A stretch of DNA of 64,000 bases, from NCBI GenBank assembly GCA_951406725.2, contig OX597817.1:128774001-128838000 (forward strand), read 5' to 3'. Origin of the DNA: Octopus vulgaris. Lineage: Eukaryota. Positions 14,238 to 28,093 of the stretch are shown here, in pieces (within the stretch, counting starts at the first letter, position 1; every line of letters starts with the position of its first letter). The position numbers and the translations under genes were made by a program. Below the pieces are notes generated by a model that searched no databases, was not told the DNA's origin, and was given only the letters and a program-made list of their open reading frames with translations.

Positions 14238-14296
14238 AACTGACTGGAAGAACGAGTCAGCCGGGGCTTAAAGCTCAACGTGTGCGGGTCGCGTGG
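14238..14296 (-). promoter_or_regulatory. Candidate core promoter of the ASCL gene (class-C site, TATA-like box, Inr)
   Basis: On the minus strand: CACGCGAC (14295-14288), TTTAAG starting at 14272 and TCAGTT (14243-14238). The TATA-like box lies 31 bp upstream of the Inr A (14241), in a locally GC/CpG-rich island. Confidence 0.5.
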
Positions 14297-15835
14297 ATAA
14301 GCAACCGGGAGTTTGCTTTGCCTTTCAAAGCAGGCCGACGGACGTGAGGCGTTCGTTCTACTTCTTCCCCTCCTCCTCCTCCTTCTTATCCTTTCTCTCC
14401 TCCTCCTCCTCCTCCTACTTTTCTTGCTTCACCTACTAATACCACTACTGCTGCTGCTGATTATTACTACCTTGTCTCCTCCCACTCCCTATCCTCCTAC
14501 CTGCGCCCGCGTCGTCTGCAGCTCACTCACCTCTGCATCACACCCTCACCTAGCTTAGACCCAGACGAGACTAACCTAACCTAATCTAACCTCAATACAG
14601 CTTTGTTGCTTTACCCTCCGCCTCTTTCACACTATTCAACCCTCCTTCCTCCTTTCCTTACTCTCTTCTTCTTCTTCTTCTTCTTCTTCTTCTTCTTCTT
14701 CTTCTTCTTCTTCTTCTTCTTCTTCTTCTTCTTCTTCTTCCTCGTCTGTTGCTTTCTCCCTCACATCTATCTTCCTCATTCCCTCTCCACATCACTCTCT
14801 CTCTCTCTCTCTCTCTACCTCTATCTCTCATGCTACCTTTCTTTCCTTGCCTAGGCTTTCCTTTCTCCTACCTTGATCCCCCACCGCCAACCTACTCTCT
14901 ACCTGTCCTTCTACCTTAAAACCACCCTCCCTTCCTTATTCTATCTAACCTTTCCTTTCTCTCTCTCTTTCCCTCTCTCTCTCTCTCTCTCTTTCTTTCT
15001 TTGTACATCTCATAAAAGAAATCATCTTTATAATTTTATTTTTTTTATTTTTTTATCTTACCTGCTTGCCGAGCGGATAGTTTGCTTTTTTTATTATATT
15101 CTTTCTTTCTTCCTTCCTTCCTTCCTTTTTTTCGTTCTTTCTTTTTTTTTTCCTTCTTTATTTCTTTGTCTATTTATTCATTTATTTATACACTTGCGGT
15201 TTATCTATCTGGTGTTTTGCTTACCCATTTCTTAAACATAGTTTGTTATACTTCATACATACTAACACATACATGTATACATACATACATACATACATAC
15301 ATGCATACATACATACACATGCATACATGCCTACAAAGTGAGATATATGCATACGTACATTCATACATACATACATACATACATACATACATACATACAT
15401 ACATACATGCATACTTACACAGATGCTCGTATTCATACAGTATAATACGTATGCATACTCCCATACATTAATTCATACACATACATATACACACATATAC
15501 ATACACATACACTCATACATACACTCATACGTATATACTTATATGCGTACATACATGTATACATACATGTATGCATGAGTACAACTGTGCGTAAACACAT
15601 GGCGATTGCTCCATCTTTACAAATTACTGTCGTCGTTTTGTGCTTCCTCGTTGACAATAACATATCTGACTTTCCGTCCATGACCCTTCAGATGGCTATT
15701 CAGACTCGTTGCCGATCTGCATTGTTTGCTGCATAGGTGACAGACGAAAGTTGTAACATATACTCATACGTACCTAGATACATGTATGCATGTATACATA
15801 TATGCATGCATGCATACATACATACATACACACAA

Positions 15836-15914
<79 letters not shown>

Positions 15915-16039
15915 GTGAAGGCGCAAGGTACAGTGGTTAGAGCTTCGATCTTACGATCGTGAGGTTCTCAGTTCGATTCCCGGACCGGGCAGTGTGTTGT
16001 GTTCTTGAGCAAGACACTTTATATTCACGCATTTGCGGC

Positions 16040-17130
16040 TCGGTTGGTAGCTAATGAGCCCTGCTCTTGACAAGCATACACGACTGCAAACATTGCAAAG
16101 TTTCCCCATTTTCTACACTAATAGTCCGCTTTCGTGCAGCACACTTAAGTTCTTCATGCAGAATACATGCTCTCTCAAAGAGATCGACCCCGCTCCTTAA
16201 CCTGCTTCTCCCATCTGTGGTGATGACTGGCATTGCTCTCCCAGTCAGTATCCTGCATATCACAGGCCTTTAATGAGGACTTGACACAGTTCTTAAATCG
16301 CAGCTTTGGTTTCTGCCGGGGTCTCTTTCCATTAACAAGTTCCCCACATAACATCTGCTTAGGAATCCTGCTATCCTTCATTCTGACAAGGTGCCCAGTC
16401 CATCGTAACCAGTGCTTGTGCCCCATCGCCTCAGTACTCAAGATATCAGCTGTCCTTAGGACCTGTATGTTTGAAGTTTTTAAGGTCTAGCCAACATTCA
16501 GAATGAGACATCTCTGACAGAAACATTCAAGGACTCTACATGACGTTTGTAAAGGGTCCATGTCTCACATGAGTACACATCCACGGTACACAGCAATTTT
16601 TGTTTGCTTTGTGATGCCATTCTGGGGCCAGACACGAGACTGAAGAGACCGGAAGGAATCAGTTGCTCTCTGCAGCCTGAAAGTTATTTCATCATCCAGG
16701 GAGAAAGAACGGCTGAGTGTGCTGTCCAGGTAGACAAACTTGTCTACCACTTTCAGAAGTGTTCCTTCAACATGGTGCTGGCTGGAATATTACAACAGTC
16801 TTGTCCAGGCTAATGTTGATTCCAAATGCCTTGCAAGAAGTAGAAATGCAATTCATAAGTATTTGCATGTCATCCACTGTATCAGTAACTTAGCAACAGT
16901 CATCTGCATAAAGCAAGTAACGATTAAGAGACTGGAAACTTTTGAATTAGCAGGAAATCGGCGCAGATTAAAGAGGCGGTTAGAAGATACCTGACATATA
17001 TTCCCAGAGAGCCAACCTTAGCAGAAGCATGAGTAAAAGCAGCAGCAAAGTACAAAGAAAAGAGAGTTGGAGCAAGGATGTCATCCTGCTTGACACCATT
17101 ATCTACAGGAGAATGGTATCAAGCATTCTC
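16040..17130 (-). mobile_element. RTE-clade LINE, degenerate reverse transcriptase and C-terminal region
   Basis: GVKQDDILAPTLFSLYFAA, LLYADD, VDKFVYLDSTLS...RVW and LRWTGHLVRMKDSRIPKQMLCGEL..GKRPRQKPKLRFK, with frameshifts. Confidence 0.85.
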
Positions 17131-17479
17131 TACAGGAGAATAGTGTCCCGCCATGCCACCACCAGTATTGACCCAAGCCTCCATCCCATCATGAAATAAG
17201 ATACATGTATACTGAAAATAAAATAAATATATATAGAAAAAGAAAAAGCAGCGGCACATATCGAGCTGAGGTCAGCAATGCCTGTGCAGAGTTTTAGGCC
17301 CAATGAGTTTGCACGATACCTCATAGACCCGCTCTACTTTATTGAAATAATCCAGAGACGTGTCAGAGCAAGATGTCTGGCACCAATATAAGTCGCAGGC
17401 TCAGGGATGTTGGAGCGCCACGATCTCTAACACAAACCGAAAATCACCAATATGTCCGGTGCCATTCCCTGTATATCTG

Positions 17480-17805
17480 GTTTTATATCAGAGTGACCTT
17501 CTCCTAGAGACATACTTCAACAGAAGCTGAGGAGTGCCTTGCACCCAGTGGATTTTCAGCACGCCGGACACCATCTCGGAACTTCTGCATACCCATGCTA
17601 TTGCAAGATAGACATTGAGCTTGCACTTGGGTCATCCGACCTTTCAACAGGTCTTGTTCTTAATCCTGCTGGCTTTCTAGCAACACTCCTTACCAGGGTA
17701 GCCTGGTGGGGGTGCCGGTTTAGTCGCCGACAACCCGACCATGCAACAGGTTGTACTGGATTCCATGTTACCAGTAGCACTTATGAGAGCCTCATAAGTG
17801 ACCTG
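17480..17805 (-). mobile_element. Dispersed repeat, probably a LINE (RTE) 5' region; second copy at about 35335-35700 (+)
   Basis: Shared gtgctactggta...gttgcatggtcgggt..ggcgactaaaccggcaccccaccag. It lies just 5' of the RTE body. Confidence 0.5.
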
Positions 17806-17993
17806 ACATACATGCATACTTACATCCATACATTCATACATACATACATACATACATACATACATACATACATACATACATACATACATACATACATTCG
17901 TGCATGTATACCTTACCTTTAGCCTTCAGGTCTTGGTGGAGCCGTGGATATGTCCCTCATGCATACACGCACACGCTCAGATACACGCGCACA

Positions 17994-18118
17994 CACCGCA
18001 CGCACGCACACACCGCACGCACGCACGCACACACCGCACGCACGCACGCACACACCGCACGCACGCACGCACACACCGCACGCACGCACGCACACACCGC
18101 ACGCACGCACGCACACAC
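17994..18118 (+). repeat. 21-bp minisatellite built from CA/CGCA units
   Basis: caccg recurs at 18011, 18032, 18053, 18074 and 18095. Confidence 0.85.
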
Positions 18119-18269
18119 ACACAGATATATGTACACATATATATATAATGTACTACACACTCACTAATATGCACTTTACATAAAAAAGAAAAGAAAACAC
18201 AATGTTCCATCCAAAAAATAAAAGTATTTTGAAAAATCAAAAAGCATCAACTAGATTATAGCTGGGAGA

Positions 18270-18560
18270 TAACATTTTACTCAAAATAGCCGTCCTTACC
18301 TTTAACAACGACCTCCAGATGACCCCAGGAGCTGACTGATGCGTTCCCCCACTGTGTCCCTTGGAAGATCTTCGAACACTTCCTTGAGCTTGGCCACTAG
18401 CTTGGCCTTGGTGTTGCAGGCAGAGCGGGTTGGTGTCTTTCTCAACCGGGTCGTACACATTGTAATCCACGGAACTACTATCGGGAGATTTAGGAAGCCA
18501 TATACTGGAGCTGGTGAAGTCGAATCAATTTTTAGACAATCATATCTGATGCTTTGCAGA
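18270..18560 (-). mobile_element. Tc1/mariner transposase C-terminal relic
   Basis: Frameshifted SPD..SVDYNVYDPVEKDTN...TKAKLVAKLKEVFEDLPRDTV. Confidence 0.55.
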
Positions 18561-18607
18561 GGTATTCTTTCATTCTTCTATACTTTTTTCTTTCACTGTT
18601 TTATAGT

Positions 18608-19030
18608 CATTTGACTGCGGCCATGCTAGAGCACCGCCTTGAAGGGTTTGTAGTCGAACAAAACGACCCCAGAGCATATTTTTTAGTACTTATTCTATTG
18701 GTCTTATAAACACACCAACACCCATTGTCAAGCGGTGATGGGGTGGGGGGAACAAACGCAGACAGAAAGACAGACACACATGTATAAATATGTATATACA
18801 CACAGACATACAGACACACACACACACAAACACATACACACACACACACGCACACATATATATATATATATATATATACACGGCGGGCTTCTTTCATTTT
18901 CCGTCTACCAAAACTGCTCCCAAGAATTTGATCGGACCGAGGCTACTATAGAAGACAGTTGCCCAAGGTGTCACGCAGTGGAACTGAACTCTGAATCATG
19001 TGGTTGGGAAGCAAGCTTCTTACCACACAG
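18608..19030 (-). mobile_element. SINE family B (tRNA-like head, internal microsatellite)
   Basis: Matches the copy at 61310-61705. Confidence 0.75.
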
Positions 19031-19639
19031 CTGCTGCCACACATATGACCTTCCAGCAGCGACTATCTCTTGACATGGATTAACCATAGCCTCTAACAGT
19101 TTCTCGTAGACGCCTGAATTGAGCATGAGATCTTGTTAAAAATACGAGGCTGGATGCAGTCAGAATGACTGCTGTGTCCTTTCCTGCAGGCTACGGTTTT
19201 GTGGTCTCCGTTGCAGCTGTCCACATCACATCTTACAGCCTTTAATGTTAACAGTGCACTGAGCAGCAATTTAGCAGAATTGTTAGGGCGTACGGCAATA
19301 TACCTTGTGACATTTGCTCCACATTATTTCCCTGAGCTCAAATCCCACCGAGATCAACATCACCTTTCATTCTTACGAAATCGATATTATAAAGTAACTA
19401 GCTTAAAAGCCGCACTCCGAGCGGACATTTAAGCTAGCTCCTGTAGAGAGCTAATTGGGCCTGTGGCCCCAAAGTACAGAGAGCAACAGTAATAAAGCAC
19501 CCTACCAATATGGTATTACTTTAAATTCGGTTTAGATGAAAAACATGCAAGTTCACAAAATTTGGGAGTTTTTGCAAAATTTGAGTAGAAGATGTCTGTG
19601 TGTGTGTGTTTGTGTGTGTGTGTACACAATTCCCACCGA

Positions 19640-21000
19640 CGGGGTTTCGGGACATGCCGGCGATGTGTTAGTAACTGCCGACAATACCCCGTTTCTTTTC
19701 TTCTTTTTTTCTTTTGCCACGGGGGGGTGGGTGGTGGAGTTCTTCCGTTTTCTCCGGAAGATTTTCCTTCCCTCCCGAAGCCTTAGGATCCCTCGTTGCG
19801 CAGCCATTTCCACCCATCTTCTTCCTCTTTCGGCCCTTTTTCGTCGAGGAGGCCTCCACCTCCTCGACCATCGCCTTCTCTTCTTCTGAACGAGGAGTGG
19901 GGGTGGGGGGGCTCTTCTTCGACCAACTGCTCCAGAACCCTACTCTGATCCTGGGGACAGTTCCTTTTCTTTGGCCTGGTTCCAGGCACAGGTGACATTT
20001 AGGTGGGGGGCGTCCCTCAAGTATCCCCGGATACCTGTTACCAGCCATAGTCAGAAAATCTGGGAAGACCAGATTCTTAGCTGATTGTCAAAAGCTGTTT
20101 TGACCCAACCCAATCAGTCGCCGGCAACATTTTTATATTAAGCAGCTTGGATTCGGTGCTACCCAGACCCCGGGGGATTGTATTTTCTATCCATTCGGAT
20201 TCCATTCCAGGTGGCAACCTGCAGACCCAAGCTCTTGTTAACTTCTTCCCACAATATGTCGGAAGAAACAGGATCTCTTGGCCCTCTAAGGGCTGGTTTG
20301 CAAATTTGCGAGTCTCCTCAGGAGTGTCAAACAGAAACCCCACCGTTGCATACTTTGCACCGCTGGAAATTCATTTTATAGTTGGCAGATACTCAGCCAA
20401 CTCTTCAATCTCTATCTTTTTGAAGACGGCGATGGTGTCGAGCGACTTTAAATAAGTCCTCAGCACCACCGTCCTCTCCTCTAAGTCTTTCACCCACTCA
20501 TTGGGTGGGACAATCTCCCAGTCCAACACAATGTTCGTTTTTTTCTGCCATGTTTTGGAAGAAGAAAAGTTCACACAAAAATGTTCAAATAGTTAAAAAA
20601 ACACAAAAAAAGGAAAGAAGGTAGAAGGAAAGAAAACAGTCCAAAACACAGCGACTTCAATCTTCCGGTCAACTGGTACTAGCGGCCAACTGGTATAGCA
20701 ACAGGAACACACCAACCGGAACACAGCTTCACAAATTTCACCAATAAATTGGTTCCAAAATTGGTAGAAAAAAAATTCCACAATTTATGGAGGTGGGATA
20801 CGTCCCAAAACTACTGCATACAATCTTCCGGATGCCGGTACTCAAGACCAACCAAATAGTAGCAGGAACACAGCATCATGAAACTAAAAACAACGAAGTT
20901 CACAAGTTTTGGAGGAGGGATACGCCCCCAAAACAACACACTTCTCACCGCTAAGTGAAACACTAAGCACAGCTAAGCACAACTACAGGCAGACAAATGT
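19640..21000 (-). mobile_element. LINE (L1/Tx1-like) 5' region with a degenerate gag-like ORF1 and zinc knuckle
   Basis: ORF pieces 20371-20574, 20077-20343 and 19668-20048 join into one frameshifted frame ending ILEGRPPPKCHLCLEPG..., followed by a Lys/Glu-rich tail. Confidence 0.6.
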
Positions 21001-22370
21001 CCGGAATTCGGTGGAGATTTCTTGTTCGAAAAAAGAAACCCAAACAACAAACCCCCACTGAAACCCTAAAAACAAGCCTCTTACCTTGTAGTTGAGCTTC
21101 ATTTACTTCAATTATTTGCCACGCTACAAACCAACGTCGCGACTTCTCTCGGTGCAAAGAAAAACACTGACATGTGCAGTGGGAAAGCAAGAAAATTCTT
21201 CTCAAAAGAAGCAACGAAGGAAATTCGAAAATTTCATTTGACCAAAAATTAAATGGAAATACAAGACAGAGGGTGAGTTTATTTGATCTTTAGGACCTAT
21301 GGTGACAGCCTAGAACATATTTCGGTCTCATGAGACCTCTTCAGTGAACCATTTTCTAACACAGAGCTACGAGAACACACAATGATTTGTAAAGAATACA
21401 ATTTGGGTAGGAAATACACCCCCTAATGAATTTTCTTCTCATTACAGTATCAATTGTTAAAAACATATTTTTAGATCAGCAGATTAAGAATGACAATTTG
21501 CACTTAAGTATATGTTTTTACGGAGAAGGCAACCTTGGAAATGCAATTACTCAGGAAGGGACGCACAAGGGTCGAACCAGAGAGCTCACAATTTTGTAAC
21601 GAACTTCTAAACACTCAGCTACGCCTGCTCTCAATTGCATTGTGATTACCTCAAACACAGCCATTCATATACCTCCCTTTTACTTGCACACGTATATCCT
21701 ACCAGTTTGCCATCACCCCTTACTTCCTTATTTATTTATCATCATTCCTTTTATTATTCATATGTTGTGACGGAGAAAAACTCAAGAGTATTAATATAGC
21801 AGATTATTTTTCTCGTATCTCATTCTCCTCCTTGTACGCATGCGCAGCATCTATGGTTACTATGGAAACAAAGTTTTTCGCCACGGTGGTGTGTAAAATA
21901 CTCGCTTCTGATTAGCTAAAATACCCAAATTTTGCAAATTTTAAAGGCTAATCACTTCTTAATTATGGATTTATAGGGAAAATGAATTTCATTTTCTTAA
22001 TTAGTATACAAAACTTAATCCATATACAAATTTAAAAACAAATGGAACAAAAATGTAAACATAGACGAAAACCACAAAGATCCGAAGACAAAGCACTGGA
22101 GTCGGTTTGTTAGATGTAAATCTCTCTGAGCACTGACCCAGCATGGCCGCAATCCAATGACTGAAACAAGTAAACGACAAAAATTTAAGAGATTAAGTTT
22201 CGACGCGTAGAACTAGGAACGCCCGCCTTCACTGGTTTTAGTAAAAATTGCTCATTTCCGTTTTGTGTTCTGCCTTCACTTCGCTGATTTTCGTGGCAGA
22301 CTTTTGAAGAAATTCTGGTAAGGGGCGTATACAAAGAGTTGCAATTTTGATATATAATTAGAGATTTTAT

Positions 22371-22825
22371 TGGATCTTTTCGGTTTGAACAGCAGTTTTT
22401 AACATAATTTCTAGGTAACTAAAAAATTTTAAACTTTGTATACTGGTAGAATGTGTTCATAAAACATCTTTTTCTCTTGGATTTATTGAGAAAATTCTAT
22501 AGTTTGTAAGATATTTGTTGTTTTTTTCTTCAATTTCTGCAATTTCAACCAATCACTGACGTTCATTGAGGTAAACAACATTCTGTGCCGTATGAATATG
22601 TCCCTCGTTTAAGAAACAGATTGGGTTTATTTACATTTGTGAAGAAAAAAAGATACCCTTCCCCCACCCCTAACCATAACCATAACCCTAACACTAACTA
22701 ACCATTACTAACCCTAACCCTAAAATAGATTGAAATGCAATAGATCGATACTAGGGTCATAATTATGGGTGTCAATTTCATATGACACCGCTAGAAAAAA
22801 CTGCTGTTCAAACCGAAAAGATCCA
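22371..22825. mobile_element. Non-autonomous DNA transposon (MITE) with 30-bp perfect TIRs
   Basis: tggatcttttcggtttgaacagcagttttt (22371-22400) and its reverse complement (22796-22825), with an internal (TAACCC)-like tract. Confidence 0.85.
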
Positions 22826-23435
22826 GCGTATTCAAAGAGTTGCAGTTTTGATATATAATTAGAGATTTTACTTGTCATATGCAGAGAAGTAGGCTGTTCT
22901 TGTGAATGATAATGATTATATGAGATATACTATCATATGTTTTACTTTCAGTTTCGCGATTTATTTATGTGATATAAATAGCAGCTAAATATATGAGTCT
23001 ATGTATCGTACAGTGCTATATATATATTAATTATGCCATTGGTTTTGTGGTTTATTTGTATGGAAATATATAAATATAAACTGTAATAATGAAAGTAAGT
23101 ACCTACGTACATCACATGTAGTGTATAAGTATGAATGTATATATGTATGACAAACAACAATTATATATTATGGTTTACTTATTGGTTTTTGTGGTTTAGT
23201 TATTTGTTTTTGTGGTTTAGTTATCGGTTTTTAGGATTTCGGTGTATATATATATATATATAGCACATCAGTGTATGTGTATACGTATGTATACAGGTGT
23301 GTATGCATATACGTACGTAGGTCTTATGAATGTATCTGTACATAGTATTACTGTTTGTAGTATTTTATTATTAGTTTTGTGGTTTACGTATATACACAGA
23401 CACACAAAGAGACACACACAAACACACACACATAA

Positions 23436-23488
<53 letters not shown>

Positions 23489-23514
23489 CACACGCACATA
23501 TATGCATGTGTTTG

Positions 23515-23562
<48 letters not shown>

Positions 23563-23745
23563 TACAAGCATACATAAGTGAGAGACGAATGCAAAACAAA
23601 GTACAATATAATGTGATGGACTTTTAGTTCTGCGGTTTATGTGTATGTTCAAAGTATAATACTACCTGAAAATATGTATGTACGTATGTATGTATGTATG
23701 CGTGTATGTATATATATATATATTTATATAAATATACATATACAT

Positions 23746-23787
<42 letters not shown>

Positions 23788-23899
23788 AAGGGTTTGGCAA
23801 CGATATTGCCTTACCATATACAATTTAGAAATAGCAGTCAAAGAGTTATAGCTATTTCTTCTACTATAAAGGAGATCTCATATATATCTATATATATAT

Positions 23900-23934
<35 letters not shown>

Positions 23935-23966
23935 CACATACATACATACACACACACATACTTATA

Positions 23967-24720
23967 CAGGGTGCGGTTAATAAATGGTCGTCTGAATTAC
24001 GCAAAAAAAAGTAACGCTGTCATCACATTTTAATAGATATATTTACCAAAATTACATAAAATTACCTTGAAATACTAAAGAGTAAATTTATTCAATTAAA
24101 ATCGCCATTAGCTTCAACCACGGCCTCCAGACGACTTCGAAGTCTCCTGCAACTCTTCCCGACGGTCTCCTTGTTTAAGGTGGTGAATGCTGCCATAATC
24201 CCTGCCTTCACATTATCTTCGGTTTCACAAGGAGTTTTATTGGTCTCTCGCTCAACTGCACCCCACACATAATAATCCAGGGGGTTGCAGTCTGGGGGTG
24301 GGAAGGTTAGGCGGCCAGATTTTAGGGGTTTTGTCTGACACCGATCACTGGGTTCTATTGTTTGTGTGACATGGTGCAGAATCCTGTTCTAGACATAGAG
24401 TCTTCCAACTGCCAACCTCTTGACCCAGGACAGCATTCCCTCCTGCAGGCACTGGATGTAGGCCTCTGTGTTGAGTCCGAGGCCGTGTGGAAAGATGAAT
24501 GGAGGCTAACATCGCCATCACTAGTGATCATTCCAACATGATATTGACTAGATGATTGATGGTTATCATTCTTGGGTCATGTTTTCGGGGGCACGGTAAG
24601 CCAAAGGTTGGTCAGTGTGTTCTTCATCTGTTCGTACTGGTGCTTCCGGCGCGAATGCCAAGCAGTACAGCATGTCATTTCAACATTTCTGGCCTAGTCA
24701 ATTGCATCATGGCGTTGTTT
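23967..24720 (-). mobile_element. Mariner-like (DDxD) DNA transposon relic
   Basis: TA|CAGGGTG terminus at 23965-23973. Translates to QDSAPCH...PDCNPLDYYVWGAVERETNKTPC...LEAVVEANGDF. Confidence 0.75.
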
Positions 24721-24857
24721 TTCTTATAGAGGGTGCTCACCTGACCATACTGTACAGTGTATTCGAAAAATCAAAAACGACCAAAGCGCATACGCGACAT
24801 CAAAAATATAAAATAGCGAGAAATTGCCCATCGCAAACTGTATATATGTAACGTTTC

Positions 24858-24924
<67 letters not shown>

Positions 24925-24959
24925 CTTCGAAGTCTTGGCCAGGTAAGCCATATATATGT

Positions 24960-25360
24960 TATTTCTCTACTGCCCACAAGGGGCTACACACAGAGGGGAC
25001 AAACAAGAACAGACAAACGGATTTAGTCGATTATATCGACCTCAGTGCGTAACTGGTACTTATTTATTCGACCCCGAAAGGATGAAAGGCAAAGTCGACC
25101 TCGGCGGAATTTGAACTCAGAACGTAGCGACAGACGAAATACCTATTTCTTTACTACTCACGAGGGGCTAAACATAGAGGAGACAAACAAGGATTTAGTC
25201 GATTTTATAGACCCTGTGCATAACTGGTATTTATTTAATCGACCACGAAAGGATGAAAGGCAAAGTCGACCTCGGCGAGATTTGAACTCAGAACGTAACG
25301 GCAGACGAAATACGGTTACGCATTTCGCCCGGCGTGCTAACGTTTCTGCCAGCTCGCCGC
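24960..25360 (-). mobile_element. SINE family A, partial tandem dimer
   Basis: Two copies of cgaaaggatgaaaggcaaagtcgacctcggcg..atttgaactcagaacg. Confidence 0.85.
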
Positions 25361-25480
25361 ATTCATATATGTAAGCCATATATATTTCTCTTATATACGC
25401 ACATACACAAACATACAAACACCTTCTACACACACACACACATATATACACATATTTTTATGTGTATATATATATAATGT

Positions 25481-25545
<65 letters not shown>

Positions 25546-25548
25546 ATA

Positions 25549-25646
<98 letters not shown>

Positions 25647-25652
25647 TGTATG

Positions 25653-25699
<47 letters not shown>

Positions 25700-25739
25700 C
25701 ACAAATTGGAGTTGTGGGGTACCGAACGAGTGGAATTAT

Positions 25740-26316
25740 ATGCGAAAGAAGGTTTGAAAATGCAATTTAAAAGATGTTTATTTACTTTACCGGTTTCACT
25801 CTTTGGAAAAAGATTGTCAAAAATAACATGTAGAAGTTTGGTTGCGTTAATTATTGATTGTTTAGCAAGTTTAGCAAGCTCAGATCTTTTGTGCCCATTA
25901 TTTCAATGAGCTTGCTAAACTTTTTTATATTCTCAACATGCTCTTGTCACCAAAGAATGTATATTTATATGGATTGTAGTACTCTGTGTCAACCAATATT
26001 CTGTGCATGTTTGAATATACAGATACAACACCAATACCAATATCAATTCCTTCTGGAAACTATCTTAAGCATGACCTTGAGAACGATTATTGTAGTAATC
26101 TTTTGTGCCCAATATTTTAAGGAACTTGTTGAACTTTTTTATGTTCTTAACATGTCCCTGTTACCAAGGACTGTATATATGTAATGTAGCAATTTGTAAC
26201 AACCAATAATTAACGCAACCAAACTTCTACATGTTACTTTTGACAATCTTTTTCCAAAGAGTGAAACCGGTAACGTAAATAAACATATTTTAATTTGCAT
26301 TTTCAAACATTCTTTC

Positions 26317-26318
<2 letters not shown>
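25740..26318. mobile_element. Fold-back Penelope-like fragment in (TA)n with a hammerhead-like motif in each arm
   Basis: Inverted arms of about 120 bp (25740-25862 and 26197-26318). Motif ttactt-TTGACAA...GAAACCGGTA at 26234-26278. Confidence 0.55.
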
Positions 26319-26369
<51 letters not shown>

Positions 26370-26615
26370 CAGTTATACATACATTCACATGCATACTTAC
26401 AAACATACATATATATTTGTTTATTTATTTTATTTACACACATATATATATATATACACACACACACACATATAGATAGATGTAGATTACTTTTGCTAAA
26501 TCATAAATATATCGTACGTACATATATACATACATATATGTATATGTATATATATACATACATACATACACACATAAATATATCGTACATACATATATAC
26601 ATACATATATGTATA

Positions 26616-26677
<62 letters not shown>

Positions 26678-26859
26678 TGTATGTATATATGTATGTACGA
26701 TATATTTATGTATGTATATATATATATATATGATTGTATATATATAGTATATATGTATACATATATATATATATATGCATATGCATATATATATAAATAC
26801 ATATATATATGCATATGTGTGTGTATATACACACACACACACACACACGCGCGCACAAA

Positions 26860-26912
<53 letters not shown>

Positions 26913-27176
26913 AAATATAATGAATATGCAGGTGTATGCAAACCCCTTCACACACACATAACCTTTTGAACTGTTCCAGTCATTGGACTGCAGCCACAGA
27001 CGTTATTTTCTTTTAAGTCTGGGATTTATTCTCCTGGTCTCTGTTGACAAACCATTATAGGGACGTAAACAAAGCAACGCGGTTTCAAGCATTTAGGTGT
27101 GGTGGACAGACGCACACATGCATATATACGAACAGATATGTGTATATGTGTATGTATATATAATAATAATAATAAT

Positions 27177-27230
<54 letters not shown>

Positions 27231-27231
<1 letters not shown>

Positions 27232-27490
27232 ATGGCCCAGTGGTTAGGGCAGCGGACTCGCGGTCGTAGGATCGCGAAAACACCTAAAAGCTCCACGAGG
27301 CTCCGGCAGGGGATGGCGATCCCTGCCGTACTCTTTCGCCACAACTTTCTCTCACTCTTTCTTCTCTTGGCCTGCTCGCTTAGCCGCGGGGTGGCGTCAT
27401 TTGAAGGCTAAAAACAACGCGAAGCGCATTGTGACCAGCGATGTGTAGCAACATCTGATGGCCTGGTTGGTCAAGGTGATCAGGGTGATA
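27231..27490 (+). mobile_element. SINE family D; other copies at 32440-32705 (+) and 44700-44900 (-)
   Basis: atggcccagtggttagggcagcggactcgcggtcg head and cacaactttctctcactctt body are shared by three loci. Confidence 0.75.
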
Positions 27491-27544
27491 TATATATATG
27501 AATGTTTGTATGTATGTTGTATGCATGTATGATCGATTTTTTTT

Positions 27545-27950
27545 CAATCATTAGGCTGTGCCCATGCTAGGGCACTGCCTTGAAAATTTTTCAGTTGTAT
27601 ATATCGACCCCAATGCTAATTTTTCAAAAGCCTGGTACTTATTCTATCACTGTCGTTTGCCGAACCGGTAAACTGGGGGAACATAAACACACCAGCACCG
27701 GTTGTAAAAAACGGTGGGAGTGGGGAACAAACACACACACAATCACACAAGCACAAACACACACACAAGCATACACGTGTATATATACACATTTATATTA
27801 CGGTCTTCTTTCAGTTTCTGTCTACCAAATCCACCCAGAAGGCTTCAGTCGACCTGGAGCTATAGTAGAAGACACTTGCCCATGGTGCCACGCTGTGAGA
27901 CTGAACCCGGAACTATATAGTTGGGAAACTAACTCCTTACTACGCAGCCA
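27545..27950 (-). mobile_element. SINE family B
   Basis: Matches family B. Confidence 0.7.
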
Positions 27951-28054
27951 CGCCTTAATGCGTGCTTATGCCTATATATGTCTATGTTTATGCTTGTATG
28001 TATGTGTTTTGTAAGTGTGTATGTTTGTCTGTCTGTAAGTATTTAAGTAAATGT

Positions 28055-28093
<39 letters not shown>

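Noticed and set aside
21320-21344. Hammerhead core CTGAAGA-ggtctc-at-gagacc-GAAA on the minus strand
   Set aside because: Stem II is perfect, but stems I and III cannot be formed convincingly; at most a decayed remnant.
22668-22723. Interstitial telomere or chromosome fusion site
   Set aside because: Short, degenerate and internal to a TIR element.
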